This document shows positions 52,271 through 62,043 of a stretch of 64,000 bases of DNA, piece after piece. Position 1 is the first letter of the stretch; each line of letters begins with the position of its first letter. The notes under the pieces are model-generated. The model made no database searches and had not been told where the DNA came from. It worked only from the letters and a program-made list of their open reading frames with translations. The translations under genes and the position numbers were made by a program. The DNA comes from Patescibacteria group bacterium (lineage in GTDB: Bacteria > Patescibacteriota > Minisyncoccia > Moranbacterales > UBA2206): positions 40,260-104,259 of the forward strand of contig JAKLFF010000001.1 in assembly GCA_022711335.1 (NCBI GenBank), read 5' to 3'.

Positions 52271-53532
52271 TAAATAAAATACAAAATAACGCTTTTGCCA
52301 AAAATAGCATAATTCTTTTTATCGGCACGATGGTGGCCAGCGCGCTTAATTATATATTTCATCTTGCCGTGGGCAGGATGGTCAGTGTCACGGTTTACGG
52401 AGAAGTAGAATCTTTGATTTCTCTTGTATCTATAATTTCCGTGCCGGCTGGCAGCCTCGCGATGCTGATCACAAAATTCAGCGCAGGCAATAAGGCGGAC
52501 AATGACAGGGCCGGCAGCCACAGGCTTTTAAACTATTATAACAAAAAAATTGCTGTTTATGGGCTGCCTATTCTATTGGTGGCGATCATTTTATCGCCAT
52601 TTCTAAAAGACTTTCTTAAAATTGAAAGTGTTGTTCCGTTATTTATCGTCTGGTTTATGATGCTTTTGTCTTTTTTTGGGGCAGTGACCGGAGGAGTGCT
52701 CAGTGGGTGGCAGAAATTTACCCAGAGCAGTTGGGGCGGCGTTTGGGGGGCTTTTTTTAAATTGGTCTCATTTCTAATCTTTATTAGAATTGGTTTTGGC
52801 TTAAATGGCGCCTTGGGCAGTTTTGCTGTAGGGTCATTGGCTTCATATATTATTTCTTTGTATTTTCTCAAATTTATCTGGGAAAGAAAAAGTGGAAAGA
52901 AGGGATGCAAAAATAAAACAGACCCGGTATTTTTGAAAAAATTTATATGGCCGGTTCTTCTAGGTAATCTGGCCATTGCGATTTTGAGCAATGTTGACAT
53001 GATTTTGGCCAAACATAATCTCGATCCCGATCTGGCCGGGCAATATGGCGCTCTCACCATAATTTCCAAAATAATCTTTTTTGTTACTGGCGTTATGGCA
53101 ACCGTGCTTTTTTCTATGTCTTCCGAAGACAGCCATAAAAAAAACAGCTCTCGAGCAACCCTGAAGCAAGCTTTTCTTTTGACATTCCTGGCTTCGGCGG
53201 CAGCTTTGATTTTTTATTATCTTTTTCCCGAATTTATCATGAGCTTGTTATTTGGCAATAAATATGTGAACGTTGCCCCTTATCTTATTTGGTTTGCCAC
53301 TTCAGTAGTCCTTTTTTCTTTTGTAAATCTTATTTTCCAATATCTCATTTCTATTCATGAGACAAAAATTGCTTATGGAATTCTGACAGTTTCAATAGCC
53401 GCCTCCTTTTTGATATCATTTGTGGGGTATGGTATATTTGCTATAATAACGATAATGATAGCGGCTCAGACTCTAGCGTTGCTTTTGGGAGTGTATTTTC
53501 TTTTTAAAAAGACTTTAAAAATAACAAAATGA
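52267..53532 (+). CDS. Oligosaccharide flippase (Wzx/MOP superfamily)
   Basis: 421 aa, about 12 TM helices, polysaccharide-biosynthesis-protein-like. Confidence 0.7.
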   Translation: MINKIQNNAFAKNSIILFIGTMVASALNYIFHLAVGRMVSVTVYGEVESLISLVSIISVPAGSLAMLITKFSAGNKADNDRAGSHRLLNYYNKKIAVYGLPILLVAIILSPFLKDFLKIESVVPLFIVWFMMLLSFFGAVTGGVLSGWQKFTQSSWGGVWGAFFKLVSFLIFIRIGFGLNGALGSFAVGSLASYIISLYFLKFIWERKSGKKGCKNKTDPVFLKKFIWPVLLGNLAIAILSNVDMILAKHNLDPDLAGQYGALTIISKIIFFVTGVMATVLFSMSSEDSHKKNSSRATLKQAFLLTFLASAAALIFYYLFPEFIMSLLFGNKYVNVAPYLIWFATSVVLFSFVNLIFQYLISIHETKIAYGILTVSIAASFLISFVGYGIFAIITIMIAAQTLALLLGVYFLFKKTLKITK

Positions 53533-54473
53533 CAGAAAAAAAACTGATTTCCCTTATCGTCCCTATTTATAATGAGGAAAAAAATATTCCTGTTTTGTAT
53601 GAAAATGTAAAAAAAGTGATTGACAGTACGCCACATTTGTGGGAGATGATTTTTGTCAATGATGGAAGCAGGGATGGGAGCGTTGATGAACTGAAAAAGA
53701 TAAAAGAAATTGATAATCGAGTGAAGATATTTGATTTTTCCAGAAATTTTGGAAAAGAAATTGCTACCACGGCTGGCATCAATAATTGCCGAGGGGCGGC
53801 CTGTATTATGATTGACGCCGATCTTCAACATCCAGTGGAGCTTATCCCTGAATTTATAAAAAAATGGGAAAATGGCGCGGAAGTGGTGGTGGGAGTAAGA
53901 AAAAGGAATAAGGGCGAGGGACTAGTGAAAAAAATGGGATCTTATGTTTTTTATAAAATAATTAATCGTATTTCTGATACGGAGATTGTTTCCCAAGCTA
54001 CCGATTTCAGGCTTCTTGACAGGGAGGTTATCGATCAGTTTAACGTTATGACCGAGAGAAACAGAATGACGAGGGCTCTTATCGACTGGATGGGATATAA
54101 AAGGCAATATATAAATTTTGAAGCCAATGAAAGATTGCATGGAAAAGCCTCCTATAGTTTTTGGAAACTTTTGCAGTTGGCGTTTAACAGCATGATTTCT
54201 TTTAGTCTTTTCCCGCTGCGCATTGCCGGATATTTGGGAATCACTATTACTGTTCTTTCCGGACTGTTGGGGTTATTTATTTTTATTACTAAATATATTT
54301 CAGGCATTTTTTATTTTTCTGGTCCGGCTATTCTGGCTGTCGTGATACTGTTTCTTATTGGGATTGTATTGATTTGTCTCGGACTTATTGCGCTTTATAT
54401 CGCCAATATTCACAATGAAGTAAGCAACCGGCCTCTTTATATCATAAGAAAATCAACCTCTAATATCGAATGA
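53529..54473 (+). CDS. Polyprenol-phosphate glycosyltransferase (GT2, DPM1/GtrB/ArnC-like) with two C-terminal TM helices
   Basis: LISLIVPIYNEEKNIP...FVNDGSRDGS...IMIDADLQHP. Confidence 0.8.
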   Translation: MTEKKLISLIVPIYNEEKNIPVLYENVKKVIDSTPHLWEMIFVNDGSRDGSVDELKKIKEIDNRVKIFDFSRNFGKEIATTAGINNCRGAACIMIDADLQHPVELIPEFIKKWENGAEVVVGVRKRNKGEGLVKKMGSYVFYKIINRISDTEIVSQATDFRLLDREVIDQFNVMTERNRMTRALIDWMGYKRQYINFEANERLHGKASYSFWKLLQLAFNSMISFSLFPLRIAGYLGITITVLSGLLGLFIFITKYISGIFYFSGPAILAVVILFLIGIVLICLGLIALYIANIHNEVSNRPLYIIRKSTSNIE

Positions 54474-55471
54474 CCAATCATATTAAATACAGCTTTATTA
54501 TTCCAATAAAGGAGATAAATAATTACATCCGGGAATCGATTCCAAAAATTCTGGAAATAGGGCGCGATGACTTTGAAATAATTATTTATCCGGATAGCGA
54601 CGGTGCTACGGATGAAGTCTGGCCAAAAACCAGGCAGATTGAAAGCGACAGAAGACCGTCAGTGAAGAGAAGCCTTTCAATGAGAGATGCCAAGGGGGAT
54701 TTTTTGATTTTTATAGATGATGATGCTTATCCTAAAAAGAACATTTTAGATTTGCTGGATAAAGATTTCCAGGATGAAAAAATTGCGGCGGTTGGCGGAC
54801 CAGCTGTAACTCCCAAATCCGACAGTTTTCTTCAAAAGGTTTCCGGGGCGGTGTACCTTAGCTCTTTCGGCGGTAATTTTCCGGAAAGATATTATCCTAT
54901 CGGCAAAAAAAGGCTGGTTTCCGACTGGCCAAGCGTCAATCTTTCAGTTAGAAAAAATATTTTTCAGAAAATCGGAGGATTTGACTGTGATTTCTGGCCG
55001 GGAGAAGATACGAAATTGTGTCTTGACATCATAGATAAGCTTAAGGAAAAAAACAAAATTCTCTATGACCCGGAAGTTATTGTCTGGCATCACAGGCGGG
55101 AAGGGCTTTCCCGCCATCTCAAACAAGTTGCCGGATACGGGCTTCATCGCGGGTTTTTTGCCAGAAGATTTCCCAAAACCTCTTTCCGGTTTTGCTATTT
55201 TGTTCCCAGCATTTTCTTTTTGTTCGTCTTTTTTGGCTGGATAATCCTTTTTCTGAATTCAAATCCATGGCTTGCCAAATTGTATTTGCTGGGATGGATT
55301 TTGTATGCTTTGGCTCTTGTCAGAGTTTTTTTCGATGTAGCTTTTCGGCAAAAAGAAATAGCAGTAGCCTTTTATTCTCTGGTTTATGTTTTTCTTACCC
55401 ACTTGATTTATGGGGCCAGGTTTATCTGGGGATTTGTTTTTATAAAAAATCTAAGAAGCAAGTTAAGATAA
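54470..55471 (+). CDS. Family-2 glycosyltransferase with C-terminal TM helices
   Basis: YSFIIPIKE...DFLIFIDDDAYP is the DXD region. There is a hydrophobic C-terminus. Confidence 0.7.
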   Translation: MTNHIKYSFIIPIKEINNYIRESIPKILEIGRDDFEIIIYPDSDGATDEVWPKTRQIESDRRPSVKRSLSMRDAKGDFLIFIDDDAYPKKNILDLLDKDFQDEKIAAVGGPAVTPKSDSFLQKVSGAVYLSSFGGNFPERYYPIGKKRLVSDWPSVNLSVRKNIFQKIGGFDCDFWPGEDTKLCLDIIDKLKEKNKILYDPEVIVWHHRREGLSRHLKQVAGYGLHRGFFARRFPKTSFRFCYFVPSIFFLFVFFGWIILFLNSNPWLAKLYLLGWILYALALVRVFFDVAFRQKEIAVAFYSLVYVFLTHLIYGARFIWGFVFIKNLRSKLR

Positions 55472-55472
55472 C

Positions 55473-57071
55473 ATGAATTTTTCTAATAATATGCCCGCCA
55501 AAGGCGAGTCCGCCTTTGGCGGAAAAATCTCTATATCATATCCGCCGTTAGAATCAAAAAAAGGCATTGCTTGCCTGGCGCAAAACCGCCAGTTCCAGTG
55601 GTTCAGCCATCCGACTTACATCTATCCGGTTATTCCGGCTTATGCAGCCTCGTTTCTCAAGGCCAATGGATATGATGTTTTGTGGGATGATGCGATCGCG
55701 GAAGAATTGAATTATGAACAGTGGAAAGAAAGAATAGTCCGGGAAAAACCGGATATTATTGCGATTGAAACAAAGACACCGGTAGTGAAAATGCATTGGA
55801 AAATTATTGATGAAATAAAAAGAGAATTGCCTGATTCCAAGGTGGTATTGATGGGAGATCATGTGACGGCGCTGCCCAAAGAATCTTTGGAAAATTCCAA
55901 AGTTGATTATGTGATCGCCAGCGGGGATTATGATTTTGCGCTTTTAAATCTAGCCAATCATCTGTCAAAAGGCGAAGCGCTGGAGGGGGGCTTTTGGTAT
56001 CGGAAAAATTGTCATTCTCGCGAAAGCGGGAATCTAGAGGCAGGCAGTAAAGACTGGATCTCCGCTTTCGCGGGGATGACAGAAAAAGAATATAAAGAAT
56101 CAGAAATAACCACCACTGGGCCGGCAGATATTTCAAAAAATAATTTAGATACTCTGCCGCTTATCGACAGAAAGCTCACGAAGTGGAAAATGTATGGATA
56201 TAAAAATGGAAATTTCAAATATACGCCTGGCGCTTACATGATGAGCGGGCGCGATTGCTGGTGGGGAAAATGCACTTTCTGTTCCTGGACAACTATGTTT
56301 CCGGGAGAGAAATTTCGAACGATGTCGGCTGAAAAAGCGCTCAGCGAAGTGGAAAATCTGATTAAACTGGGTGTTAGAGAAATTATGGAAGATAGCGGTT
56401 CGCTTCCGGTTGGGCAGTGGCTCAAAGATTTTTGCCGTGGAATGATAGAACGGGGATATAACAAAAAAATAACGATGAGCTGCAATATGAGGATTACCGG
56501 CATAAAAGATCTTGAAACATGGGAGCTTATGAAAAAAGCCGGCTTCCGGTTTATTCTTTTCGGACTGGAATCAGCCAATCAGGAAACGCTTGACCGAGTT
56601 TGCAAAAATCTCGAGGTTTCAGAAATTGAACCAGGTCTCAAACTGTGTAAAGAAGGCGGGCTCGAACCTCATATCACTGCTATGATCGGCTACCCGTGGG
56701 AAACAAAGGAAATGGCTCAAAAAACGATAAGCTTGGCGAAAAAATTGTTCAAATGCGGATATGTAGACACGCTTCAGGGAACAATCGTGATTCCTTATCC
56801 GGGAACGCCTTTATATAAATACTGCGCTGAAAACAATTTGCTTCTAACCAAAAATTACGAAGATTATGATCAGCGCCAGATGGTTATGAAATCGCCACTG
56901 GCTTCCGAAGATGCCAAAGGACTGGTGCAGGGACTGTATAAGTCTTTTATGAGCCCCCAGTTTATCTGGCGAAAAATAAAATCCATAAGAAATATGGATG
57001 ATATAAAATTCTTTTTTATGGCTGGCTGGAAATGGATGGGGAAGATGATGGATTTTGGAAACAAAAAATAG
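55473..57071 (+). CDS. B12-binding-domain radical-SAM protein with in-frame MITE-like insertion
   Basis: It has an N-terminal B12-binding-like domain. The radical-SAM cluster motif is RDCWWGKCTFCSW. The ORF reads through repeat copy 4. Confidence 0.8.
   Translation: MNFSNNMPAKGESAFGGKISISYPPLESKKGIACLAQNRQFQWFSHPTYIYPVIPAYAASFLKANGYDVLWDDAIAEELNYEQWKERIVREKPDIIAIETKTPVVKMHWKIIDEIKRELPDSKVVLMGDHVTALPKESLENSKVDYVIASGDYDFALLNLANHLSKGEALEGGFWYRKNCHSRESGNLEAGSKDWISAFAGMTEKEYKESEITTTGPADISKNNLDTLPLIDRKLTKWKMYGYKNGNFKYTPGAYMMSGRDCWWGKCTFCSWTTMFPGEKFRTMSAEKALSEVENLIKLGVREIMEDSGSLPVGQWLKDFCRGMIERGYNKKITMSCNMRITGIKDLETWELMKKAGFRFILFGLESANQETLDRVCKNLEVSEIEPGLKLCKEGGLEPHITAMIGYPWETKEMAQKTISLAKKLFKCGYVDTLQGTIVIPYPGTPLYKYCAENNLLLTKNYEDYDQRQMVMKSPLASEDAKGLVQGLYKSFMSPQFIWRKIKSIRNMDDIKFFFMAGWKWMGKMMDFGNKK
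56010..56081. mobile_element. MITE-like double-hairpin element, copy 4, in-frame inside the radical-SAM gene
   Basis: tgtcattctcgcgaaagcgggaatctag, a spacer, then ctggatctccgctttcgcggggatgaca. The encoded peptide is CHSRESGNLEAGSKDWISAFAGMT. Confidence 0.9.
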
Positions 57072-57080
57072 GCCTAAATC

Positions 57081-58829
57081 TTATTTAACAGAATTTACCC
57101 TTTCTTCGATTATAGCTAAATTTTTCTTTAAGTTTTCGTCAGTCGGGTTGATTTCTATGGCTTTTTTCATGCTTTCGTAGGCTTTTTGATAATTTCCCTG
57201 GTTAAAATATATTCCGGCCAAGTTTTGATGGGATTGCCAGATGTTAGGGTTTATGGAAAGCGCTTTTTGATAATTTTCAATAGCTAAATCAGCTTTTCCC
57301 AGGGAATTATAAGTATTGGCCAGATTATGGTAAGCATCGCCATAATTAGGGTTAATCTCTATGGATTTTTTGAATTCTTCAGCGGCTTTTTCAAAATCTC
57401 CATTTCTGGCATAAACATCACCCATATTGTTATGGATATTAGGACCGGACGAAGCGACTTTGGCTGTAGCGATCCAGAGGTTATCTTCATTTTTCCAGTC
57501 AATATTGCGGACAATGGTTCTTGTTGAGAGTGCGGCTATTATTATTGCAAAGGTGAAATAGACGGCCATTTTATATTTTTCATCTTCTTCTTCCAGCTTT
57601 CTGGCGGCCCAGTCAAAAAACATGGCGACAACAACAAAAATTCCGATTGATCCGAGATAAACATAACGTTCCGCCACAATCCAAGCGATCTTGAACGGAG
57701 TAAGAACGGGCAGGAGAGAAATGAAAAAAAATGAGAGCCAGAAAAAAAGACGCTTATTTTTCTTCCATCCATAGAAGACAAGTCCTAAAAATATCAGAAA
57801 AACGATTGCCATAAGGGTGAACTGGGCGGGAGAGAAATTCATTTCTGTCTGATAAAGACTTAATTTTTGCGGCCAGAAAATAAGCTTGAAATAATTGGCT
57901 ATGGCGGTTGGAACCTGGACGAGAGGATTATACATTCCGCTAGAATCCTGATAGCTGACCGCACTGATTTCGCTGACTCTTTTTCCTATTTCTGATACGG
58001 AGAACATTACAAAAAACAAGTCTATAAAGAAGAAAGGAGCGATCTTCAGCCAGTTTTTTCTGAGGTTGCTTCGGGACATCTCAAAAGCAAAGATTATTCC
58101 GGGAAAAATAATTGCTTTTGCAGAGCTCATAACCGCCAGAAAAAAGGACAATAATGAAAGATATTTTAAACTTTTTCTTTCCTTTGAATTTATATAAAAT
58201 AAAAAAGACAAAAGCAGAAAAAAAGAATACAAAGCGTAAGGCATTCCCGCAATCCATGCTACTGATTCCACTAGAATTGGATGGACGGCAAAAATAGCCG
58301 CTCCAAAAACAGCAATTCTCTTATTTGCGAGAATATTGAGAATGGAGAAGAGTAAGATAGTTGATCCAAAATGCAAAGATATGTTTATAATTCGAAAGGC
58401 CCACGGAGATCCTCCTCCCAAATGGAAGGCGACATAATATAGGGACATCTGGATAGAATTCAATAAATTGGAAAAAACCAGAGAAAGCTTCCCCACCTCG
58501 GGATTGTTTTTTATCGTTGCCACATCGTCTGAAACAAACTGATTTCCGATAGAATTCGAGTAGCATATTAATATTAATATAAAGAGAAAAGCAAAAATAT
58601 TGATGTTATCGGCAAAAAATTTTTTAAAGCCTGGACTATTGATTTTTTCTGGAATTTTTTGAGATGCTTCTTTTCTGAAAAATTTTTCATATTTTTCCGT
58701 TCCCCACTGTTTTTTCAAATATTTTCGTATTTCTTTTTCCGGCAAGCCAAGATCAACGGTTATTTTTTCAATAGGCAATTTCCCGATATTTTTTTTGATA
58801 TAATGTTTTTGACTCGAGGTTAGCGGCAT
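57081..58829 (-). CDS. TMTC/PMT_2-like GT-C-fold membrane glycosyltransferase with C-terminal TPR repeats
   Basis: The N-terminal polytopic domain has the first-loop motif NQFVSDDVATI (F-x-x-DD). The C-terminus has four or more TPR units (AYHNLANTYNSLGKADLAIENYQKALSINP...). Confidence 0.6.
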   Translation of the reverse strand: MPLTSSQKHYIKKNIGKLPIEKITVDLGLPEKEIRKYLKKQWGTEKYEKFFRKEASQKIPEKINSPGFKKFFADNINIFAFLFILILICYSNSIGNQFVSDDVATIKNNPEVGKLSLVFSNLLNSIQMSLYYVAFHLGGGSPWAFRIINISLHFGSTILLFSILNILANKRIAVFGAAIFAVHPILVESVAWIAGMPYALYSFFLLLSFLFYINSKERKSLKYLSLLSFFLAVMSSAKAIIFPGIIFAFEMSRSNLRKNWLKIAPFFFIDLFFVMFSVSEIGKRVSEISAVSYQDSSGMYNPLVQVPTAIANYFKLIFWPQKLSLYQTEMNFSPAQFTLMAIVFLIFLGLVFYGWKKNKRLFFWLSFFFISLLPVLTPFKIAWIVAERYVYLGSIGIFVVVAMFFDWAARKLEEEDEKYKMAVYFTFAIIIAALSTRTIVRNIDWKNEDNLWIATAKVASSGPNIHNNMGDVYARNGDFEKAAEEFKKSIEINPNYGDAYHNLANTYNSLGKADLAIENYQKALSINPNIWQSHQNLAGIYFNQGNYQKAYESMKKAIEINPTDENLKKNLAIIEERVNSVK

Positions 58830-58891
58830 AAGTTTTAAATTTAATTGTCATTACAATGATAATATAGTATTCTTCATAAGTAAATAAAGAT

Positions 58892-59389
58892 ATGGGAATA
58901 CCTCTTCCAATTCACATTTCAATACATGTCATTCTTAGCCTGATTGCGGGAATGATCGTTTGGCGGATCTGGAAAAAGCCGGCCGCTGCTTTTTTGAACG
59001 CGCTGATTTCCGGCGTGGCGGTGGATTTCGACCATTTCATCGATTATTTCATGGCTTTTGGATGGAGTTTCAATTTCTATTATTTTACCAAAGGATATGA
59101 ATTTCTGAAAACCAACAAGATGTATACGCTTTTTCACGGCTGGGAATATGCGGCAATTCTTTTCCTTGCGGTATTTTTATTAAAAAATAAAACGGCTAAA
59201 ACAGCACTCCTGGCTTTGGCGCTTGGACTTTTTTTCCATCTTGGAGCTGATGTCGTGATTGACAAGATTCCGGTTAAATCATATTCGATCATAAACAAGA
59301 TAGGAAAAAATTTTGAAATGCAAAAATTAGTCACCCCGGAGCACTGGCAGAAGCACGAGAAAAAAAGAGAGCGGTTGAAATTCGAATAA
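58892..59389 (+). CDS. Hypothetical polytopic membrane protein
   Basis: 165 aa with about 4 TM helices and a conserved-looking DFDHFIDY motif. Confidence 0.45.
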   Translation: MGIPLPIHISIHVILSLIAGMIVWRIWKKPAAAFLNALISGVAVDFDHFIDYFMAFGWSFNFYYFTKGYEFLKTNKMYTLFHGWEYAAILFLAVFLLKNKTAKTALLALALGLFFHLGADVVIDKIPVKSYSIINKIGKNFEMQKLVTPEHWQKHEKKRERLKFE

Positions 59390-59409
59390 TTTTTCATATA
59401 TATAGCATA

Positions 59410-60222
59410 ATGAAAAAACTTGTTTCAATTATAATTACGACAAAAAACGAGGAGAAGAACGCAGAAAATTGCTTGAAATCGATAAAAAGACAGAGCTACC
59501 CGCAGGAACTTATGGAAGTTATTGTTGTAGATAACGATTCTTCCGATAAAACAAAGGAAATCGCTCTGAAATATACGAATAATTTTTTCAATAAGGGTCC
59601 GGAACGATCGGCGCAAAGAAATTTTGGAGTGGAAAAATCAAAAGGAGAATATTTTATTTTTCTGGACGCCGATATGATTTTAAGCGAAAAAGTGATTGAG
59701 AGATGCGTTAAAAAAGTTGAAAATAATCCCAAAATTATCGCTCTCTATATTTCTGAAATAGTAACAGGCAAAAAGTTTTTTTCCAAAGTGCGCCGCTTTG
59801 AGCGCAGTTTTTATGACGGTACGGTGATTGATGGAGTGCGTTTTATCAGAAAGGACAAGTTTCTGGAAGTTGGAGGCTTTGATGAAAAGCTAACCGGTCC
59901 GGAAGACTGGGATTTAGACAAAAAACTTAGATTGATCGGAAGAATAGATTCAATTAAAACTCCGATTTATCACAACGAAGCAGAATTCGATTTAAAAAAA
60001 TATTTATCCAAAAAAGGATATTATGCCAAAAAATTCGATGAATATATTTCAAAATGGGGAAAAAATGACCCTGATCTCAAAAAACAATTCGGGGTTTATT
60101 ATAGGTTTTTAGGCGTTTTTATAGAAAATGGAAAATGGAAAAAAATTATTGCGCATCCTATTCTGACAGCCGGAATGTATTTTTTGAGATTTTTGGTAGG
60201 AATTAAATTTTTATTAAGATGA
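59410..60222 (+). CDS. Family-2 glycosyltransferase
   Basis: VSIIITTKNEEKN...VVDNDSSDKT...FIFLDADMIL. Confidence 0.8.
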   Translation: MKKLVSIIITTKNEEKNAENCLKSIKRQSYPQELMEVIVVDNDSSDKTKEIALKYTNNFFNKGPERSAQRNFGVEKSKGEYFIFLDADMILSEKVIERCVKKVENNPKIIALYISEIVTGKKFFSKVRRFERSFYDGTVIDGVRFIRKDKFLEVGGFDEKLTGPEDWDLDKKLRLIGRIDSIKTPIYHNEAEFDLKKYLSKKGYYAKKFDEYISKWGKNDPDLKKQFGVYYRFLGVFIENGKWKKIIAHPILTAGMYFLRFLVGIKFLLR

Positions 60223-61232
60223 AAAAAAATAATTTAATTTCCTTACCGCTGATAAATGCCCATACTCACGCCGCTATGGTGGCTTTTCGGGGCCAAGCTG
60301 AAGATTTGCCATTGCAAGTGTGGCTTAAAAAGCATATCTGGCCGGCCGAAGCTAAACATGTCAATCCAAAATTTATCTATAAACATGCCAAAAAAGCCAT
60401 AAAAGAAATGAAAAAAAACGGAATTGCGGCTTTTTGTGATATGTATTTTTTTGAGGACGAAGTGGCGCGGGCGGCTCGAGAGTTGAAAATGAAAGTTGTA
60501 ATCGGGGAAGTAATTTTAGATTTTCCGACGGCTAGCTATAAAAATACGGAAGAAGCTTTTGCCATTGTCGAAAGGCAATTAAAAAAATACAAAAACGACA
60601 AATATGTTAAAGTAGCGGTGGCTCCGCATTCTATTTATGCGGTTTCAAAAGAAAATCTGGTAAAAGCCAAAAAACTGGCGAAAAAATATAATGCGCCTAT
60701 TCATATTCATCTGGCGGAAACGAAATTTGAATTTAATGAGTGCAAGAAAAAAAATAAATGCACACCAGTAGAATATTTGGACAAACTGGGAATTTTGAAT
60801 AATAAGGCAATTTTGGCTCATTGCGTCTGGCTGACTGACAAAGATATAAAAATATTAGCTGAAAGAAAATCTAATATTGTCCATTGTCCCTTGAGTAATC
60901 TGAAATTGGGTTCGGGAATTGCGCCGACGGCCAAGATGATAGAAAAAGGAGTGAATGTATGTCTTGGCACTGATGGCGCGGCCAGTTCCAACCGGCTTGA
61001 TATTTGGGAAGCGGGTAAATTCGCGGCGCTTCTGCAAAAAGGGGCAAATAATAATCCAACGCATATTCCAGCTAAAAAAGCGATGGAAATGATGACGATA
61101 AATGGACTGCGCGCTTTGGGCATAAAAAAAATAGGAGGGAAGTTGCCAAAAGATATTAAAAAGAATATAAATAATACAAGGGACTTTAGTTCTATTTACC
61201 ACTTAAACGTCAATAATATTAATTTTAAATAA
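60219..61232 (+). CDS. Amidohydrolase-superfamily deaminase (MTA/SAH-deaminase MtaD-like)
   Basis: LINAHTHAAMVAFRGQAEDLPLQVWLKKHIWPAEAK is present. IHLAETKFE and HC..L follow. Confidence 0.7.
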   Translation: MKKNNLISLPLINAHTHAAMVAFRGQAEDLPLQVWLKKHIWPAEAKHVNPKFIYKHAKKAIKEMKKNGIAAFCDMYFFEDEVARAARELKMKVVIGEVILDFPTASYKNTEEAFAIVERQLKKYKNDKYVKVAVAPHSIYAVSKENLVKAKKLAKKYNAPIHIHLAETKFEFNECKKKNKCTPVEYLDKLGILNNKAILAHCVWLTDKDIKILAERKSNIVHCPLSNLKLGSGIAPTAKMIEKGVNVCLGTDGAASSNRLDIWEAGKFAALLQKGANNNPTHIPAKKAMEMMTINGLRALGIKKIGGKLPKDIKKNINNTRDFSSIYHLNVNNINFK

Positions 61233-61233
61233 C

Positions 61234-62031
61234 ATGAAAGTAGTTATCCTGGCCGGAGGCTTGGGGACACGCCTTAGTGAAGAAACGTCCATCCGGCCTA
61301 AGCCGATGGTGGAAATCGGCGATAAGCCGATTCTTTGGCACATAATGAAAATTTATTCCCATTATGGGTTTAATGATTTTATCGTCTGCCTCGGTTATAA
61401 GGGATTTTATATCAAGGAGTGGTTTAATAATTATTATCTTCATAATAGCGACGTTACTTTCGATCTATCTAAAAACAAAGTAAGCTATCCCAAGAATCAT
61501 TGTGAAAAATGGAAAGTTACTCTTGTTGACACGGGTGACGAAACAATGACCGGTGGCCGGATAAAACGCATTCGGGAATATGTGGGGAATAAAACATTTA
61601 TGATGACTTATGGGGATGGGGTAGGGGATGTAGATATCAAAGAATTGGTAAAGTGCCATAAGAAAAATAAAAAGATTGCCACTGTCACGGCGGTTACTCC
61701 CGAAGGAAGGTTTGGTACGCTGAAAATCAACAAAGAACGTCGCGTTACATGTTTTAGTGAGAAAACTGATAATCAGAAGAGAATCAACGCTGGATTTTTT
61801 GTTCTAGAACCGAAAATATTTGATTATCTTAAAGGGGACGACGTGTTTTTTGAGAAGGAACCGCTGGAAAGGCTGGCGCATAACGGCCAGCTCCAGGCTT
61901 TTTTTCATGACGGATTTTGGAAGCCAATGGATAATTTGAATGATAAGAATAAGTTGAACGATATGTGGAAAAACAGGCAGGCGCCGTGGCAAATATGGAA
62001 AGGAAAAGGAGCTTGCGTGAATATATCTTAA
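61234..62031 (+). CDS. rfbF: Glucose-1-phosphate cytidylyltransferase
   Basis: MKVVILAGGLGTRLSEETSIRPKPMVEIGDKPILWHIMKIYSHYGFNDFIVCLGYKG. Confidence 0.85.
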   Translation: MKVVILAGGLGTRLSEETSIRPKPMVEIGDKPILWHIMKIYSHYGFNDFIVCLGYKGFYIKEWFNNYYLHNSDVTFDLSKNKVSYPKNHCEKWKVTLVDTGDETMTGGRIKRIREYVGNKTFMMTYGDGVGDVDIKELVKCHKKNKKIATVTAVTPEGRFGTLKINKERRVTCFSEKTDNQKRINAGFFVLEPKIFDYLKGDDVFFEKEPLERLAHNGQLQAFFHDGFWKPMDNLNDKNKLNDMWKNRQAPWQIWKGKGACVNIS

Positions 62032-62043
62032 ATATGGAAACAT

